Position numbers and translations under genes: made by a program
Source of the DNA: a virus
Lineage: Duplodnaviria > Heunggongvirae > Uroviricota > Caudoviricetes
Length of the DNA stretch: 64,000 nt
Direction: 5' to 3' (one strand)
Virus record (IMG/VR): IMGVR_UViG_3300037418_003103
Part shown: one piece after another, positions 1 to 10,265 of the stretch
Numbering within the stretch: position 1 is the stretch's first letter
How the letters are laid out: every line of letters starts with the position of its first letter
The notes under the pieces: model-generated
Seen by the model: only the letters and a program-made list of their open reading frames with translations
Told to the model about the DNA's origin: nothing
Database searches by the model: none

Positions 1-579
1 TGCACCCTGAGCTATTAAATCATACGGCCTTTGTGAAACAATTCCGATGTTAGATATATCTACGTCCACATGAAGCATATGATTACCTATTGGAACACCA
101 AAAAGCATAAAGTCGCCAGCTTTATTAGTAACAGTGGTGTACTTGTAATACTTAGTATAAATGCTTAGTAATTTGTCATTATCAAGGATCTCTCTCTTGG
201 ACGAAAACGTACCAACTGGCGTATAGCATGAATCATTGCTATCACTTTCATTAGGCAGCAAATTATACCTAACGCCATTAGTGTCTTTATCCGTAATAGT
301 TTCAAACGGATATAATTTTGCAATTTCAGGGTTGTTTTTATCTTCAGTATCAATGGGTATAAATATAGAGACTCTTGCATTGGGAATGCCGAAACCTGAG
401 TTAGCATAAACTCGGCCAACTACTACTCCATAATCAGAACAAAATTTTTGATACACTTTATCTTGGCTTATCTTTAGCGATAAGATCTCAATAAAATCAA
501 AATCCTGATCAATTTGAGCTTTAATATATGTGTCGCCTCCGTCTGGCGTTGTTCTTATACGTATAGTATTTTTAGACAT
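1..579 (-). CDS. Conserved phage protein, N-terminal part (runs off window start); probably structural
   Basis: Not in the ORF track. ATG at 579 overlaps the upstream stop; the frame is open to position 1 (MSKNTIRIRTTPDGGDTYIKAQIDQDFDFIEILSLK...YKYTTVTNKAGDFMLFGVPIGNHMLHVDVD). Confidence 0.75.
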   Translation of the reverse strand, partial: MSKNTIRIRTTPDGGDTYIKAQIDQDFDFIEILSLKISQDKVYQKFCSDYGVVVGRVYANSGFGIPNARVSIFIPIDTEDKNNPEIAKLYPFETITDKDTNGVRYNLLPNESDSNDSCYTPVGTFSSKREILDNDKLLSIYTKYYKYTTVTNKAGDFMLFGVPIGNHMLHVDVDISNIGIVSQRPYDLIAQGA

Positions 580-889
580 AACTTTCTTCTGTATCTTCTG
601 TGTCTTCTACATCTTGGAGTTTATAGTCATTTGAATCGATGTATTCATAAACGATCTCTGGCTTACGCTGGCCATTCAGACGCTTCAACGCATAGCGTAA
701 AACTGGTATTAAATCCACTCTATTTGAGAGTACAATATGATAAAATAATATTATAATAATACCTACAATGATTACAGGTAATAATAACATCATTAATAGA
801 AATACAAAAATATTTCCAAAACGTATATTAATAGGATTCTTTGAAATGCTTTCAGAATTTGAATTTTTTGGCGCTTTACAACATGACAT
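572..889 (-). CDS. Hypothetical membrane protein
   Basis: 105 aa with a long hydrophobic stretch; co-oriented with and overlapping the next gene. Confidence 0.6.
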   Translation of the reverse strand: MSCCKAPKNSNSESISKNPINIRFGNIFVFLLMMLLLPVIIVGIIIILFYHIVLSNRVDLIPVLRYALKRLNGQRKPEIVYEYIDSNDYKLQDVEDTEDTEESYV

Positions 890-947
890 GTTTGATAGAA
901 TTAATTTTTTTTTTAATTATAGGTTTTTTAGATATAAAGGAAATGGT

Positions 948-2762
948 TTATTTAACCCTTACACTAATATCTTTAGTAGGATTTAGAACTTCAAACATAG
1001 TCATTGGCTCTCCATATAGTGTATAATCCGCACTAACATCTATTTGTCTAGTTTCTGCGTCCAAATAAGGCTGTGTAATCTCGTTAAGAGAATAATTTCC
1101 TCCAACTTTATTATAAATTCTTAAATCAATAACATTTAAAACACCACCAACATTGTTAATCAATTCTATTAATGCTGATAAATATATATTCTCACCCATT
1201 TGAAAGTTATTCACACTCATATATTGAGTTATATCTGTAATAACCTGGCTTACTATTTGTGATTGAGAAAATTGTTTATCAATGAATAGGTCAACTTCGA
1301 AAGCTAGATTAACTATTCTTCCGTTCCCTACAACAACATAATCGTTTATTGACTTATAATCCGATAAGTAATTTTCTATGTTTTGCTTAAGGGTGCTTGT
1401 TATGGAACTGGTAAGTGTTCCATCGCCATTAAGGCCTAAAATATATACTTTAATCTTGTTTTGTATTTCAATGACACCACATCTAAATGGTTTTCCAAAT
1501 TCGCTTGGCATTAACTGAATTCTAGAATTATAGTCCTTAATGTTAACTGCTCTATTCTGAGAAGAAAAATTATAGCGTACTAAATTTCTTACTTCATCTA
1601 CTGATGGAGCGTCCTTGCCCCCAAGTGCTGGAAATAAATTATTAACCTTTAAGGAAGACTTAACTAAATTATTCTTGTTTATATCTTCACCATTTACAGA
1701 TATATCTACAATTCCTAAATTTCTTAATACTCCTTGGCCAAGATTAGTGTCTGCTCCGCCTCCAACTCTATATTTTATAAAAAGAGTTGTATTTGGTGAA
1801 TGGACAATACCAAGTGATAAATTATTAATAAAATCTCCAATTTGATTTAATAGCGCTGAATTCGTGTCAAATTCATTTAATGAACTAATATCCTGCGATC
1901 CACCGCCAAAAATTATCTTCGTAAAGCCCAAATCAGTGTATTCTCTAATAAATTTCTTATCAGTTTTTATATATTTACCTGGAATAATTCCTGGATTGTC
2001 ACTAATAATGCTCATATCCTCTATAAAAACTTTATCCTCTGCAAGTGCATCCATTTCAAACCATCTGTTATTTATATTTGTGAAATCATAAAGACTTGGC
2101 TCTGCAATATAATTACTACCATTGAGTGTTATCACGCTCTCTATTGAGATAACATTATCATCAGGTAGTACTACCTCAAGAAATGGCTTTACATCTGCAA
2201 CAGTTATAGCTTTTTTAAAAACTTTTGTGTAGCCATTCTTTACCATCTCTCTCTTTGTTAGAGTATAATTCAAAAGATTCCCATTTGTATCAAAATTCGG
2301 TATGATTATTCTGTTAGGAATTCCACCTATTGAAAAAGGTGAAGAAAAATCAATATCATTACTTGTTTCAAACGTTTTACCAGCCCCATTAATTTGTGCT
2401 CCACTTCTGATTATGGGTGCATATTGAAGATCAAACGAATCTCCATTAACAGGAACTGTGACTGTAAAGTCAACAAGAGTCACGCTCGGACTCTTGCCTG
2501 GTATTTTTAAACCAAATGTTCTTGCCATTGAGAGGATTGATTTCCTCTCCTGAGCATAATCAATTTGAGTTTCCTGAAACATTCTATCTGTATTTGCAGA
2601 AAGCATGTCTCCAACAGCTGAATTTAACTCAATAAGCATCATACCGATGCTACTATCGTTTAGATCATTGAATATATCAGGATAATACTGCTTGGCAAAA
2701 TTGATTAAATCAGTTCTGATATCAAGAAAGTTCCTAGACGTATATGCAATGCCTTTAGCCAT
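948..2762 (-). CDS. Baseplate wedge subunit (T4 gp6 / baseplate J-like)
   Basis: N-terminus YTSRNFLDIRTDLINFAKQYYP...DRMFQETQIDYAQERKSILSMARTFG; later YRVGGG, GGKDAPSVDEVR and SQNRAVNIKDY, typical of gp6; next to a gp25-like gene. Confidence 0.85.
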   Translation of the reverse strand: MAKGIAYTSRNFLDIRTDLINFAKQYYPDIFNDLNDSSIGMMLIELNSAVGDMLSANTDRMFQETQIDYAQERKSILSMARTFGLKIPGKSPSVTLVDFTVTVPVNGDSFDLQYAPIIRSGAQINGAGKTFETSNDIDFSSPFSIGGIPNRIIIPNFDTNGNLLNYTLTKREMVKNGYTKVFKKAITVADVKPFLEVVLPDDNVISIESVITLNGSNYIAEPSLYDFTNINNRWFEMDALAEDKVFIEDMSIISDNPGIIPGKYIKTDKKFIREYTDLGFTKIIFGGGSQDISSLNEFDTNSALLNQIGDFINNLSLGIVHSPNTTLFIKYRVGGGADTNLGQGVLRNLGIVDISVNGEDINKNNLVKSSLKVNNLFPALGGKDAPSVDEVRNLVRYNFSSQNRAVNIKDYNSRIQLMPSEFGKPFRCGVIEIQNKIKVYILGLNGDGTLTSSITSTLKQNIENYLSDYKSINDYVVVGNGRIVNLAFEVDLFIDKQFSQSQIVSQVITDITQYMSVNNFQMGENIYLSALIELINNVGGVLNVIDLRIYNKVGGNYSLNEITQPYLDAETRQIDVSADYTLYGEPMTMFEVLNPTKDISVRVK

Positions 2763-2841
2763 GTTTTTTTGTTTATAATAAATATAAGTAAGTAATTTTT
2801 TTAGGAAATAGTTTAAACATAGAACATTGGACTATTTATGT

Positions 2842-2849
2842 TATATTTG
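2842..2849 (+). promoter_or_regulatory. Bacteroidota-type -7 promoter element TATATTTG
   Basis: Matches TAnnTTTG, ending 15 nt upstream of the ATG at 2865. Confidence 0.55.
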
Positions 2850-2864
2850 TAAAAATAAATCTAT

Positions 2865-3035
2865 ATGAAAAAGAAGCTAAATGGTTTGAATCACGATAGC
2901 AAAAATAGAGAAGAAGCCAAGAAACAAGGTTTCTACGATGGTAGATTCAGAAACAAGGTGGTTCCTGATAAAAAGAAAGAAGAAAATAAGAATGCTGCTA
3001 AAAAATTCCGTGGAAAGGACTCATCAGAGTTATAA
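2865..3035 (+). CDS. Small basic protein (56 aa)
   Basis: MKKKLNGLNHDSKNREEAKKQGFYDGRFRNKVVPDKKKEENKNAAKKFRGKDSSEL; below the ORF-track cutoff; has its own promoter. Confidence 0.6.
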   Translation: MKKKLNGLNHDSKNREEAKKQGFYDGRFRNKVVPDKKKEENKNAAKKFRGKDSSEL

Positions 3036-3416
3036 TTTTATAACCACAAAATCATCCTCAGTAAATACACCATCCGAAACAGTATAATCTAGCCTTACTT
3101 CTGCAGCATATTCGCTTTCCTCAGACTGAACAACATTTATTGAATTTATCTGGAGGTTTGGTAAATATCTTTTAACTGATGTGGTAATTTCATCTTGAAT
3201 TTGTTGAAACGACGGTGAATCTTCTGGTTCAAATATATACTGAATTAAATTAGTACCAAAATTAGGATTGTATAGCCTCTGACCTCTTCTTGTTAATAGT
3301 AAATGCATTAGATCACTCTTTATAGCCTGGCTATCAGTTGTATTAAGGTTTAAAAATAACCCATCTGGGCTGTCCTGAAAAGGAAATTTAATATTTATAT
3401 ATCTTTTAGTTGCCAT
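3030..3416 (-). CDS. Baseplate wedge protein gp25-like (GPW/gp25 family)
   Basis: IKFPF...AIKSDLMHLLLTRRGQRLYNPNFGTNLIQYIFEP; ATG at 3416 preferred over the track start at 3437. Confidence 0.9.
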   Translation of the reverse strand: MATKRYINIKFPFQDSPDGLFLNLNTTDSQAIKSDLMHLLLTRRGQRLYNPNFGTNLIQYIFEPEDSPSFQQIQDEITTSVKRYLPNLQINSINVVQSEESEYAAEVRLDYTVSDGVFTEDDFVVIKL

Positions 3417-3444
3417 ATAGTAATAAATATCTAACAAAGTAAAT

Positions 3445-3475
3445 AAAAAACGGGAAACAATATTTCCCGTTTTTT
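3445..3475. terminator. Intrinsic terminator hairpin (bidirectional-type)
   Basis: AAAAAACGGGAAA-caata-TTTCCCGTTTTTT downstream of nrdJ. Confidence 0.8.
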
Positions 3476-3493
3476 ATTATAACTCATTGACTA

Positions 3494-6133
3494 TCAACAC
3501 TTTGAGAAACCACAGTTTTTACACTTCTTGCATCCTTCTTCGTAAATCATGGTTGGTTGATGACACTCAGGACATTCTTCATTAGTTGCTTCGTTAGGAA
3601 TATACTTTTTAAGCATTCTTGCAATTACTTTAGGGAATGATGTAATCTGAACTTCTGATTTCTCAACCTGTTCAGCGATGAACTTAGGGTTAGCACCATG
3701 CCTTAACAAGAGAGAAATCCATCTGGTGAGCAATTTCTCATCAGTGTGCTCCTGTGATAATTGTAAATTATCAATAGTATATTTTTCTGAAATAAATTTA
3801 TAAACACCTCTTTTTACCTTAACAATTTTACCTTTTAAATGTTCTTCAGCCGTTGGAGATTCAAAGACAAACACCTCGTAAGGTACTTCATTCATAAGAC
3901 CAACGATTACTGCATATTTTTTACCCTTAGAAGTCACGAAGTAATAATCGGCATTAAGTTCTTTAGGTCTTTTTGGTGCATCAGTATAACCAAATTTATC
4001 TACTTTTTTTGTTGGTTCATTAATTAAAACCCCTGACCTGCTCCCATCACGATATACTGTAACGCCTTTTAAACCTAGTTTCCACCCAGTCAAGTATATG
4101 TTTGCAACAGTTGATTTAGGTACATCTGTTGGAAGGTTTATAGTACAACTAAGCGCATTTGACGTGTACCTCTGAATAATAGCATTCATCTTAACCCTAT
4201 CTTCCCAGCTAATATCATTAGCTTCACTACCATACCAAGGAGATTGCTCAAATGAGTAGGATAATTCTAGTTTTGATGAATTATCTATCAGCTTTTTAGC
4301 TCCTTCATCCGTTGCTCCTTTAGATTTAAAGTTCAGTATAAGCCACTCTTTAAACTTAGGATGAAGTATTGCATATTCTTGCCATGTATCTCCATTTTGA
4401 TCTGTAAAATCAATTCTTACATTAGTATCATTAGGATTAATCTTCTTTCTCCTAATATAATAAGCTTTAAACAGAGGTTCCAAACCACTTGTTGTTTGAG
4501 TCATAAGACTTACGGTTCCTGTTGGAGCAACAGTAGACCAGCTCACGTTACGTCTCCCATTCTGAAACATTCTTTCTGCCTGGATAGGAAATTCTTCCAT
4601 AAGCATCTTGTAGAAACTATTCTTACCTACAAGTTCTCCATTCTCAATATCAAATTCAACGTCCTTATTGTGACCTTTAAACGCACCTCTAGTTATTGCC
4701 ATATCAATGCTTGCGTCAAGTTCAGCCATCATTTTTATTTTCATAACAACTTCTGCCGCATCTCGGCCATCCTGACTACCGTATTTAACATTCAATGCTG
4801 CAAGCATATCTCCCAGCGCTGTAAACCCATTCCCTGTTCTTCTGCCATCTCTCGTTGTATTTCTGATACTGGTCCATAGATTAATCTCCCTGGCTTTTAC
4901 CTCTTCTGGCTCTGGATCTTTCTTAACTTTATCTATTATTCTCTGAATGTATTGAACTTCCAGGTCGATAAGATTATCGCCAAGACGCTGTTGCATATAA
5001 GATACTTCATAAACTTTTTCTACATTAATCGCTGCATTTTCTGTAAATGGGTTATCAATAAAATAAAAGAAATTTTCGGCAATCAATCTGCATGCATCAT
5101 AATCACCCATCCATATTTCGCCGCAGGGATTACATTTAGTTGGCCGAAACCTTGGATAAACTCCATCAGGAGCATAATCCTGAATTCTGTCAATATATGC
5201 CACCCCTGGTTCTGCATTCTTCCACGCCATTTCTACAATAAGATCAAACAATTCCTTTGCATGAATTCTCATTACATATACTGGTGCCTGACTACCTTCA
5301 AGCGTTTTCATTTCGTTGTAAGGCAAATCTTGGTTAGCTTCTAATAACGAGTTAAATTTTTCTATCGGTGAGTCAATTGGAAACCTACAGAAAAAATCTG
5401 CGTCCAATTCAACCGATCTAAGGAATTCATCTGTAAGCATACTAGAAACGTTTGCTCCTGTTACCTTTGTTTTATCATCCTTAGCTGTAACAAATTTAAA
5501 TATATCTGGATGCAAGCAATGAAGCAATAGCATGAGTGCTCCTCTACGCCCATCTTGTGCAACCTCTCTGGTTGTATTACTATATCTTTCCATAAATGAA
5601 GGAACACCTGTACTAGTCTTTGCTGCATTAGATACCTTAGCTTTTGTAGGCCTTAACGAATCAAGTCTTGTACCCACGCCACCTCTGCGTTTCATTAATT
5701 GAGTTAACTCTTCGTCTGTTTTTAACAATCCTGAATATGAATCATACGGTGCTGGTATCACAAAACAATTGCTAAGGCTACCAAATACATACGGATTACC
5801 TAAGTTACTCATTATTGAGCCCTGTGGAACTATCTTTCTAAACTTCTCGAAGTATGTATATATTTCATTAACTACGTCCTTTTTGCTCTGTGATTTTCTT
5901 CTCTCGATGAGTCGTCTTCCAAAAGAAGACAAGTGATCTATATTTTTTGCCTCTATTTCTTCTCGCCTGTATGAATACTCTACTTCACCAAACTCTTTGG
6001 CAAGACGCCAATGCATATTGTCTGGCGTTGACTCCATTTCTATATTATTATCATCTTTCATCTGATATTTACTAGCCCAAGAATCAGCGGCCATTTTATC
6101 ACCATTAAAATATTCAGTTAAACTATTATCCAT
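3494..6133 (-). CDS. nrdJ: Adenosylcobalamin-dependent (class II) ribonucleotide reductase
   Basis: SLSNCFV, RRGGVG, GRRGALM, NPCGEI catalytic motif, TVAPTGTVS, KGVTVYRDGSR; C-terminal CPEC...EEGCKKCKNCGFSKC; no beta subunit adjacent. Confidence 0.9.
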   Translation of the reverse strand: MDNSLTEYFNGDKMAADSWASKYQMKDDNNIEMESTPDNMHWRLAKEFGEVEYSYRREEIEAKNIDHLSSFGRRLIERRKSQSKKDVVNEIYTYFEKFRKIVPQGSIMSNLGNPYVFGSLSNCFVIPAPYDSYSGLLKTDEELTQLMKRRGGVGTRLDSLRPTKAKVSNAAKTSTGVPSFMERYSNTTREVAQDGRRGALMLLLHCLHPDIFKFVTAKDDKTKVTGANVSSMLTDEFLRSVELDADFFCRFPIDSPIEKFNSLLEANQDLPYNEMKTLEGSQAPVYVMRIHAKELFDLIVEMAWKNAEPGVAYIDRIQDYAPDGVYPRFRPTKCNPCGEIWMGDYDACRLIAENFFYFIDNPFTENAAINVEKVYEVSYMQQRLGDNLIDLEVQYIQRIIDKVKKDPEPEEVKAREINLWTSIRNTTRDGRRTGNGFTALGDMLAALNVKYGSQDGRDAAEVVMKIKMMAELDASIDMAITRGAFKGHNKDVEFDIENGELVGKNSFYKMLMEEFPIQAERMFQNGRRNVSWSTVAPTGTVSLMTQTTSGLEPLFKAYYIRRKKINPNDTNVRIDFTDQNGDTWQEYAILHPKFKEWLILNFKSKGATDEGAKKLIDNSSKLELSYSFEQSPWYGSEANDISWEDRVKMNAIIQRYTSNALSCTINLPTDVPKSTVANIYLTGWKLGLKGVTVYRDGSRSGVLINEPTKKVDKFGYTDAPKRPKELNADYYFVTSKGKKYAVIVGLMNEVPYEVFVFESPTAEEHLKGKIVKVKRGVYKFISEKYTIDNLQLSQEHTDEKLLTRWISLLLRHGANPKFIAEQVEKSEVQITSFPKVIARMLKKYIPNEATNEECPECHQPTMIYEEGCKKCKNCGFSKC

Positions 6134-6156
6134 TCCTATTAATATTTTTTTTTAAT

Positions 6157-8673
6157 TTAATTATTGTTTTCTAATTGTTGTTCTTTCAATCTTTTTGTTG
6201 CTTCAAGCAGGAGGTTAACTCTCTGTTGTTTTGCCTCGTCAGTATTACTAATAAATTGACTGTGACTTACGGGGCCCTTATTACTGCTCATGTCTATATG
6301 AACCCTGGCATTATCAAAAACTATATCTTCGAAAATCATTCCCGATGAGCCAAATCTAGATTTAATAATCGCCATATTTGCTGTTCCATTTTCTTTTTGA
6401 TCAAGTGACTTAGCACCTGAGATAATAAAGTGTCCTATTTGTCCTTTCTTTATAGAACCACCCATTTGGTCTCCCTCAACGATGTTAGATTTTATAGAGC
6501 TTCGGTTACCTTGAGTACAAACCCAACCAGCTATTTGCATTTCGTCAATAAGTGTTTCTATCTCTCTCATTATCATACCCTCACCAACATTAACATCATC
6601 TACCTTTTTAGACGGAATCAAACAATCTACATAATCAATTATAATCATGTCAGGCCTTATACCCTTTGCAATTAGTCTCCTTAAGTATTGTTTAATTATT
6701 GGAACCGTAGTAAATCCGCTTGGAAATTTTTTAAGGATAAGCAATCCTTTTTCTTTCTTCTTTCTTTCAACTATTTCTTTTAACTCATCCTTATGAAGGC
6801 TTAGACTATTCAATTCATAACCTGACCAACAAGCAAGATGTTTCCTTTGAATTACTTTCTCATTATCTTCAAAGAATATCTGAACCACGTTTTTACCAAG
6901 GTTCTTGGCAGTATTAGCAATCTTAGTTGCTAGAGTAGTATTATGGGTGAGAATGAAATCGTCTGTTGCAAATAAACTATCATCGCTATCAACCATTATA
7001 CACGTAGCCTCTTCTTTATGAGAAAACTCAATTGTTTTTATGTACTTATTAAAAGCATATTTTTTACGGTATACAACTCTTTCTAACTTCCTGTTTAATT
7101 TAAATGGGCGAATGCTTTCATCTGAAAAAGACATTGTTATAATATAACATTTTTTCCCTTCTATTTTAATTCCATTGTGTTTATACGTTGGAATCTTATT
7201 TTTAATTTTACAAAAACCTCCAAGAGACAAAACCAATTCCCTAACATCATTACTTAATCTTTCAGATACAGTTGAAAACTGAATCCTACCTGCCTTACTA
7301 CAATATCCGTTAGTATCCATTAACCCCTGTAATAATTCAATCCTATTTTCCACTGAATTATATAAATATTCGGATGGTATAAATTTGTTTCCAGAATTGC
7401 AGCCCATTAGCTCAAGTTCTATTAATTCATTTTTAATTGAATGGATTGAAACTTTTGTTAGGGTACGTTCAACCATAACTAAAACGCCGTTCTCTTCTTT
7501 TTCTATATTTCGTTTTAATTCAGTTACTTTAATAGATTTATTAACTCTTTTTTCTACTTCTCTTATAATTTCTTGATCCTTCGTTACAAAGTTTGGTTGA
7601 GTACCATTCGTGATACATCCATCACCTAATAAAACACCTAATACATAAGGATCAATAACTACCTCTTTAGGTTTAAAATTAACTGGTTTTATAACTGGTA
7701 TCCTATAATTTAAATGTCTACCACCGTCAACACGTAGTTTCTTGCTTATTTCTTCTGTTGATAACACTCTAAACGAGTTATCTTTAGGTAATTTTACTGT
7801 TTTACCATTTATTGTTGTATGTATATTTCGTTGTGACATAGAATTGACAGACCACAGATGTTCTTTACAACAAAATGTGCTTGTTCCATCATTAAATAAT
7901 ACTTTATACATGTCCTTTAAACCTTGCGGATAAACGCCTAAGACATTATGGGCTTCACCATTTGTTCCTATTACAAGATCATTGACCTTAATGTCACTCA
8001 TTAACTTATAACCATCAGGCGTATAAATTCTATTTGAGTTAGCTAAACTTTTGCCCACCCCGTAAGCCATAAGAATAACACCCAATTCTCGTGGTCCTAA
8101 TCCGCCATCCATAACTTCGTCTAAACCTTTAATTCCAGTAGGAATAGGGCTTCTGTAATCATCTGATAATACTTCATCTATATTATCAGTTACATTTACT
8201 CCATCATCTTTAGGTGCACCATGCTCAAGTGCTTTTTTGATTATTTCTTCACACTGATCATAGTCACTAATTTCTCCTTTTTCTATAATTTTTGAAATTA
8301 TAGAGATTGATTTTTTTAATTCTTGCTGCTTACAGAATTTCATCGCAGTATCCTGTACCCATAAAGAATCGTTTAGAGAAACTTCTTTTATTTGTTGCAA
8401 TTTTGAAATAAGAAATTTTCTTTGAATAGTATCTGATGTTCTATCAAGTAGCCTAGCCTCCAAACTTCCCATATCTGGAGTTATTTCGTAAGACGAATAA
8501 GTGTCTTTAATTGTTGCAGAAATTATTCGTAAGTGCTCATCTTCAAAATAATTAGGATCAATAATATCCATTATTGAAGATGAAAATTTTTCGTCTATTA
8601 TTAATTGTGAAATTAATCTTAGTTGAAAGTCATGCCCTAGATAGCCTAGGCTATCTTTGTCTATTTTTGCCAT
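6157..8673 (-). CDS. Replicative DnaB-like helicase (T4 gp41-like) containing an intein
   Basis: IPTGIKGLDEVMDGGL, Walker A GVGK/TT split by the intein, IIIDYVD Walker B, TQGNR, IIKSRFG. Confidence 0.9.
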   Translation of the reverse strand: MAKIDKDSLGYLGHDFQLRLISQLIIDEKFSSSIMDIIDPNYFEDEHLRIISATIKDTYSSYEITPDMGSLEARLLDRTSDTIQRKFLISKLQQIKEVSLNDSLWVQDTAMKFCKQQELKKSISIISKIIEKGEISDYDQCEEIIKKALEHGAPKDDGVNVTDNIDEVLSDDYRSPIPTGIKGLDEVMDGGLGPRELGVILMAYGVGKSLANSNRIYTPDGYKLMSDIKVNDLVIGTNGEAHNVLGVYPQGLKDMYKVLFNDGTSTFCCKEHLWSVNSMSQRNIHTTINGKTVKLPKDNSFRVLSTEEISKKLRVDGGRHLNYRIPVIKPVNFKPKEVVIDPYVLGVLLGDGCITNGTQPNFVTKDQEIIREVEKRVNKSIKVTELKRNIEKEENGVLVMVERTLTKVSIHSIKNELIELELMGCNSGNKFIPSEYLYNSVENRIELLQGLMDTNGYCSKAGRIQFSTVSERLSNDVRELVLSLGGFCKIKNKIPTYKHNGIKIEGKKCYIITMSFSDESIRPFKLNRKLERVVYRKKYAFNKYIKTIEFSHKEEATCIMVDSDDSLFATDDFILTHNTTLATKIANTAKNLGKNVVQIFFEDNEKVIQRKHLACWSGYELNSLSLHKDELKEIVERKKKEKGLLILKKFPSGFTTVPIIKQYLRRLIAKGIRPDMIIIDYVDCLIPSKKVDDVNVGEGMIMREIETLIDEMQIAGWVCTQGNRSSIKSNIVEGDQMGGSIKKGQIGHFIISGAKSLDQKENGTANMAIIKSRFGSSGMIFEDIVFDNARVHIDMSSNKGPVSHSQFISNTDEAKQQRVNLLLEATKRLKEQQLENNN
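6940..8049 (-). mobile_element. Intein (370 aa) with LAGLIDADG homing endonuclease domain, inserted in the helicase P-loop
   Basis: GK|SLANSNRIYTPDG; block B CCKEHLW; PYVLGVLLGDG and LLQGLMDTNG; ends DDFILTHN|T. Confidence 0.9.
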
Positions 8674-8713
8674 TTATTTTATATTTTTTAGTCTTTTAAT
8701 GAATTAAATCATA

Positions 8714-9193
8714 TTACAATTGGTAGTCAGCATATTCATGCGTATACTTTTTAAGACTAAAAAAATATCTTATTTCTGATATAATAGAGGGAATTATTTC
8801 TTTAATATCTACTTGATATCTAACTTTGGTTGGAAACAGATTACCAGAAAAACTGCTCTTAGCTACTGGTTCTTTGTCCACCTTTATTTCAAAGGTAAAA
8901 ATGTCTTCTTTATCAAAATTATTTTTAACTCCAACAAATTCTTGTGGAATGTATGGATTGTATTGACTCCATAAATGGTCAATGGATAATTTTTTTAAGT
9001 GTTTAGGTATGATCCCCATACCACCATACTCGCCATTATTAACACCAGCAATATTATCCATTAAATATTTCAATTCAGACGAATATATTACATCCGAATT
9101 GTAGTCTCTGATGTGAAAGTACCTCTCACAAATAATGTGATTATTAATGTACAACACAAAAGCAAATTTCTGTTCTTCAATTTTCTTGTTCAT
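8714..9193 (-). CDS. Hypothetical protein
   Basis: 159 aa ORF within the replication operon, overlapping the upstream gene. Confidence 0.7.
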   Translation of the reverse strand: MNKKIEEQKFAFVLYINNHIICERYFHIRDYNSDVIYSSELKYLMDNIAGVNNGEYGGMGIIPKHLKKLSIDHLWSQYNPYIPQEFVGVKNNFDKEDIFTFEIKVDKEPVAKSSFSGNLFPTKVRYQVDIKEIIPSIISEIRYFFSLKKYTHEYADYQL

Positions 9194-10238
9194 AGGTTTT
9201 TTCTCTTTCTGTTAGTTTTTTGAATGGTAGCAGGAATTCAGGGTATCTATTAGCTCCAATCATGTGCTCTAATCCATCTTTTTTCATCAGAGTCATTACA
9301 TTTTTAAGGCTTCTATCATCTATACCCATTTCACCTTCCATAAGTAGGCTTATTTCGGCTATTCCATCTTCTGTTAGAAGTGGTCGCTTTAAGTCTACCA
9401 ATCTTGAGTTTATCTCATAGATTTTTTTACCCTGGACGCCATCTGTTACCGATTCAATTATGTTTGTTAGTTTTTGTAGTGGCTTTTTATTCTCTTTAAT
9501 TCTATTATCTTGTAATTCTTTAGCTTTGGTTAAAATATCATCAATAGTTAATCTATGTTCTTTCAATTCAGGGAAGAGAGATAGTAGAGTTTGTTCCTTA
9601 ACGCCTTTGATTCCCTTTATACTATCACTGTTGTCTCCTGTGATAGTTTTTATCAACACTGAATTGCTGTTATGATGACTAAAATACTCAAAATAATTGC
9701 TTGTTCCAACATAATTCTTTAAATCACAAAAATAAATTCTTACATTCTCTTCAATTAGCTGACACATATCCCTATCATTGGAACAAATGGTAATTTTTTC
9801 GTATGGTTTTCGCATTAAGCAGCAATAAGCAATGAAGTCATCAGCTTCAATAATTGGGTGCATTAATTGGCGTATGGATAACTCCTCCATATACTGCCTA
9901 ACCATGGCCTTCTGTCTTACTTCGTCTTCGTCAACTGGCTGTGTACCATTGAGGTAATCCTTACCTCTTGAGCTCTTGTAAGGAGAGTAGAGTTCGTAGC
10001 GTAATTTACCACTGAACTTACCATCCCAGAAGACATATACCCGATGATATATATCCTCAGTTAGTAATTTTCTCAAAACAGTTAGAAATTGGTAAACACC
10101 TCCTATATTTTCGCCATGATGATTGTAAGCGTCGCGGGCGCCGAAGAACCCTGTCTTAAACAGACTATTGCCATCTACAAGGAGTGTGTTTTCTGCTTTA
10201 ATTCTTGTTTCGCCATTACGTGGTGGCCTTTTGTTCAA
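9177..10238 (-). CDS. 5'-3' exonuclease / flap endonuclease (T4 RNase H / Pol I N-terminal family)
   Basis: LLVDGNSL, VFWDG, YKSSR, EADDFIA, SNDRDMCQL, GDNSDSIKGIKGV. Confidence 0.9.
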   Translation of the reverse strand: MNKRPPRNGETRIKAENTLLVDGNSLFKTGFFGARDAYNHHGENIGGVYQFLTVLRKLLTEDIYHRVYVFWDGKFSGKLRYELYSPYKSSRGKDYLNGTQPVDEDEVRQKAMVRQYMEELSIRQLMHPIIEADDFIAYCCLMRKPYEKITICSNDRDMCQLIEENVRIYFCDLKNYVGTSNYFEYFSHHNSNSVLIKTITGDNSDSIKGIKGVKEQTLLSLFPELKEHRLTIDDILTKAKELQDNRIKENKKPLQKLTNIIESVTDGVQGKKIYEINSRLVDLKRPLLTEDGIAEISLLMEGEMGIDDRSLKNVMTLMKKDGLEHMIGANRYPEFLLPFKKLTEREKTYEQEN

Positions 10239-10265
10239 CTTATTCCTTTTATTAGGTTAAAAATA

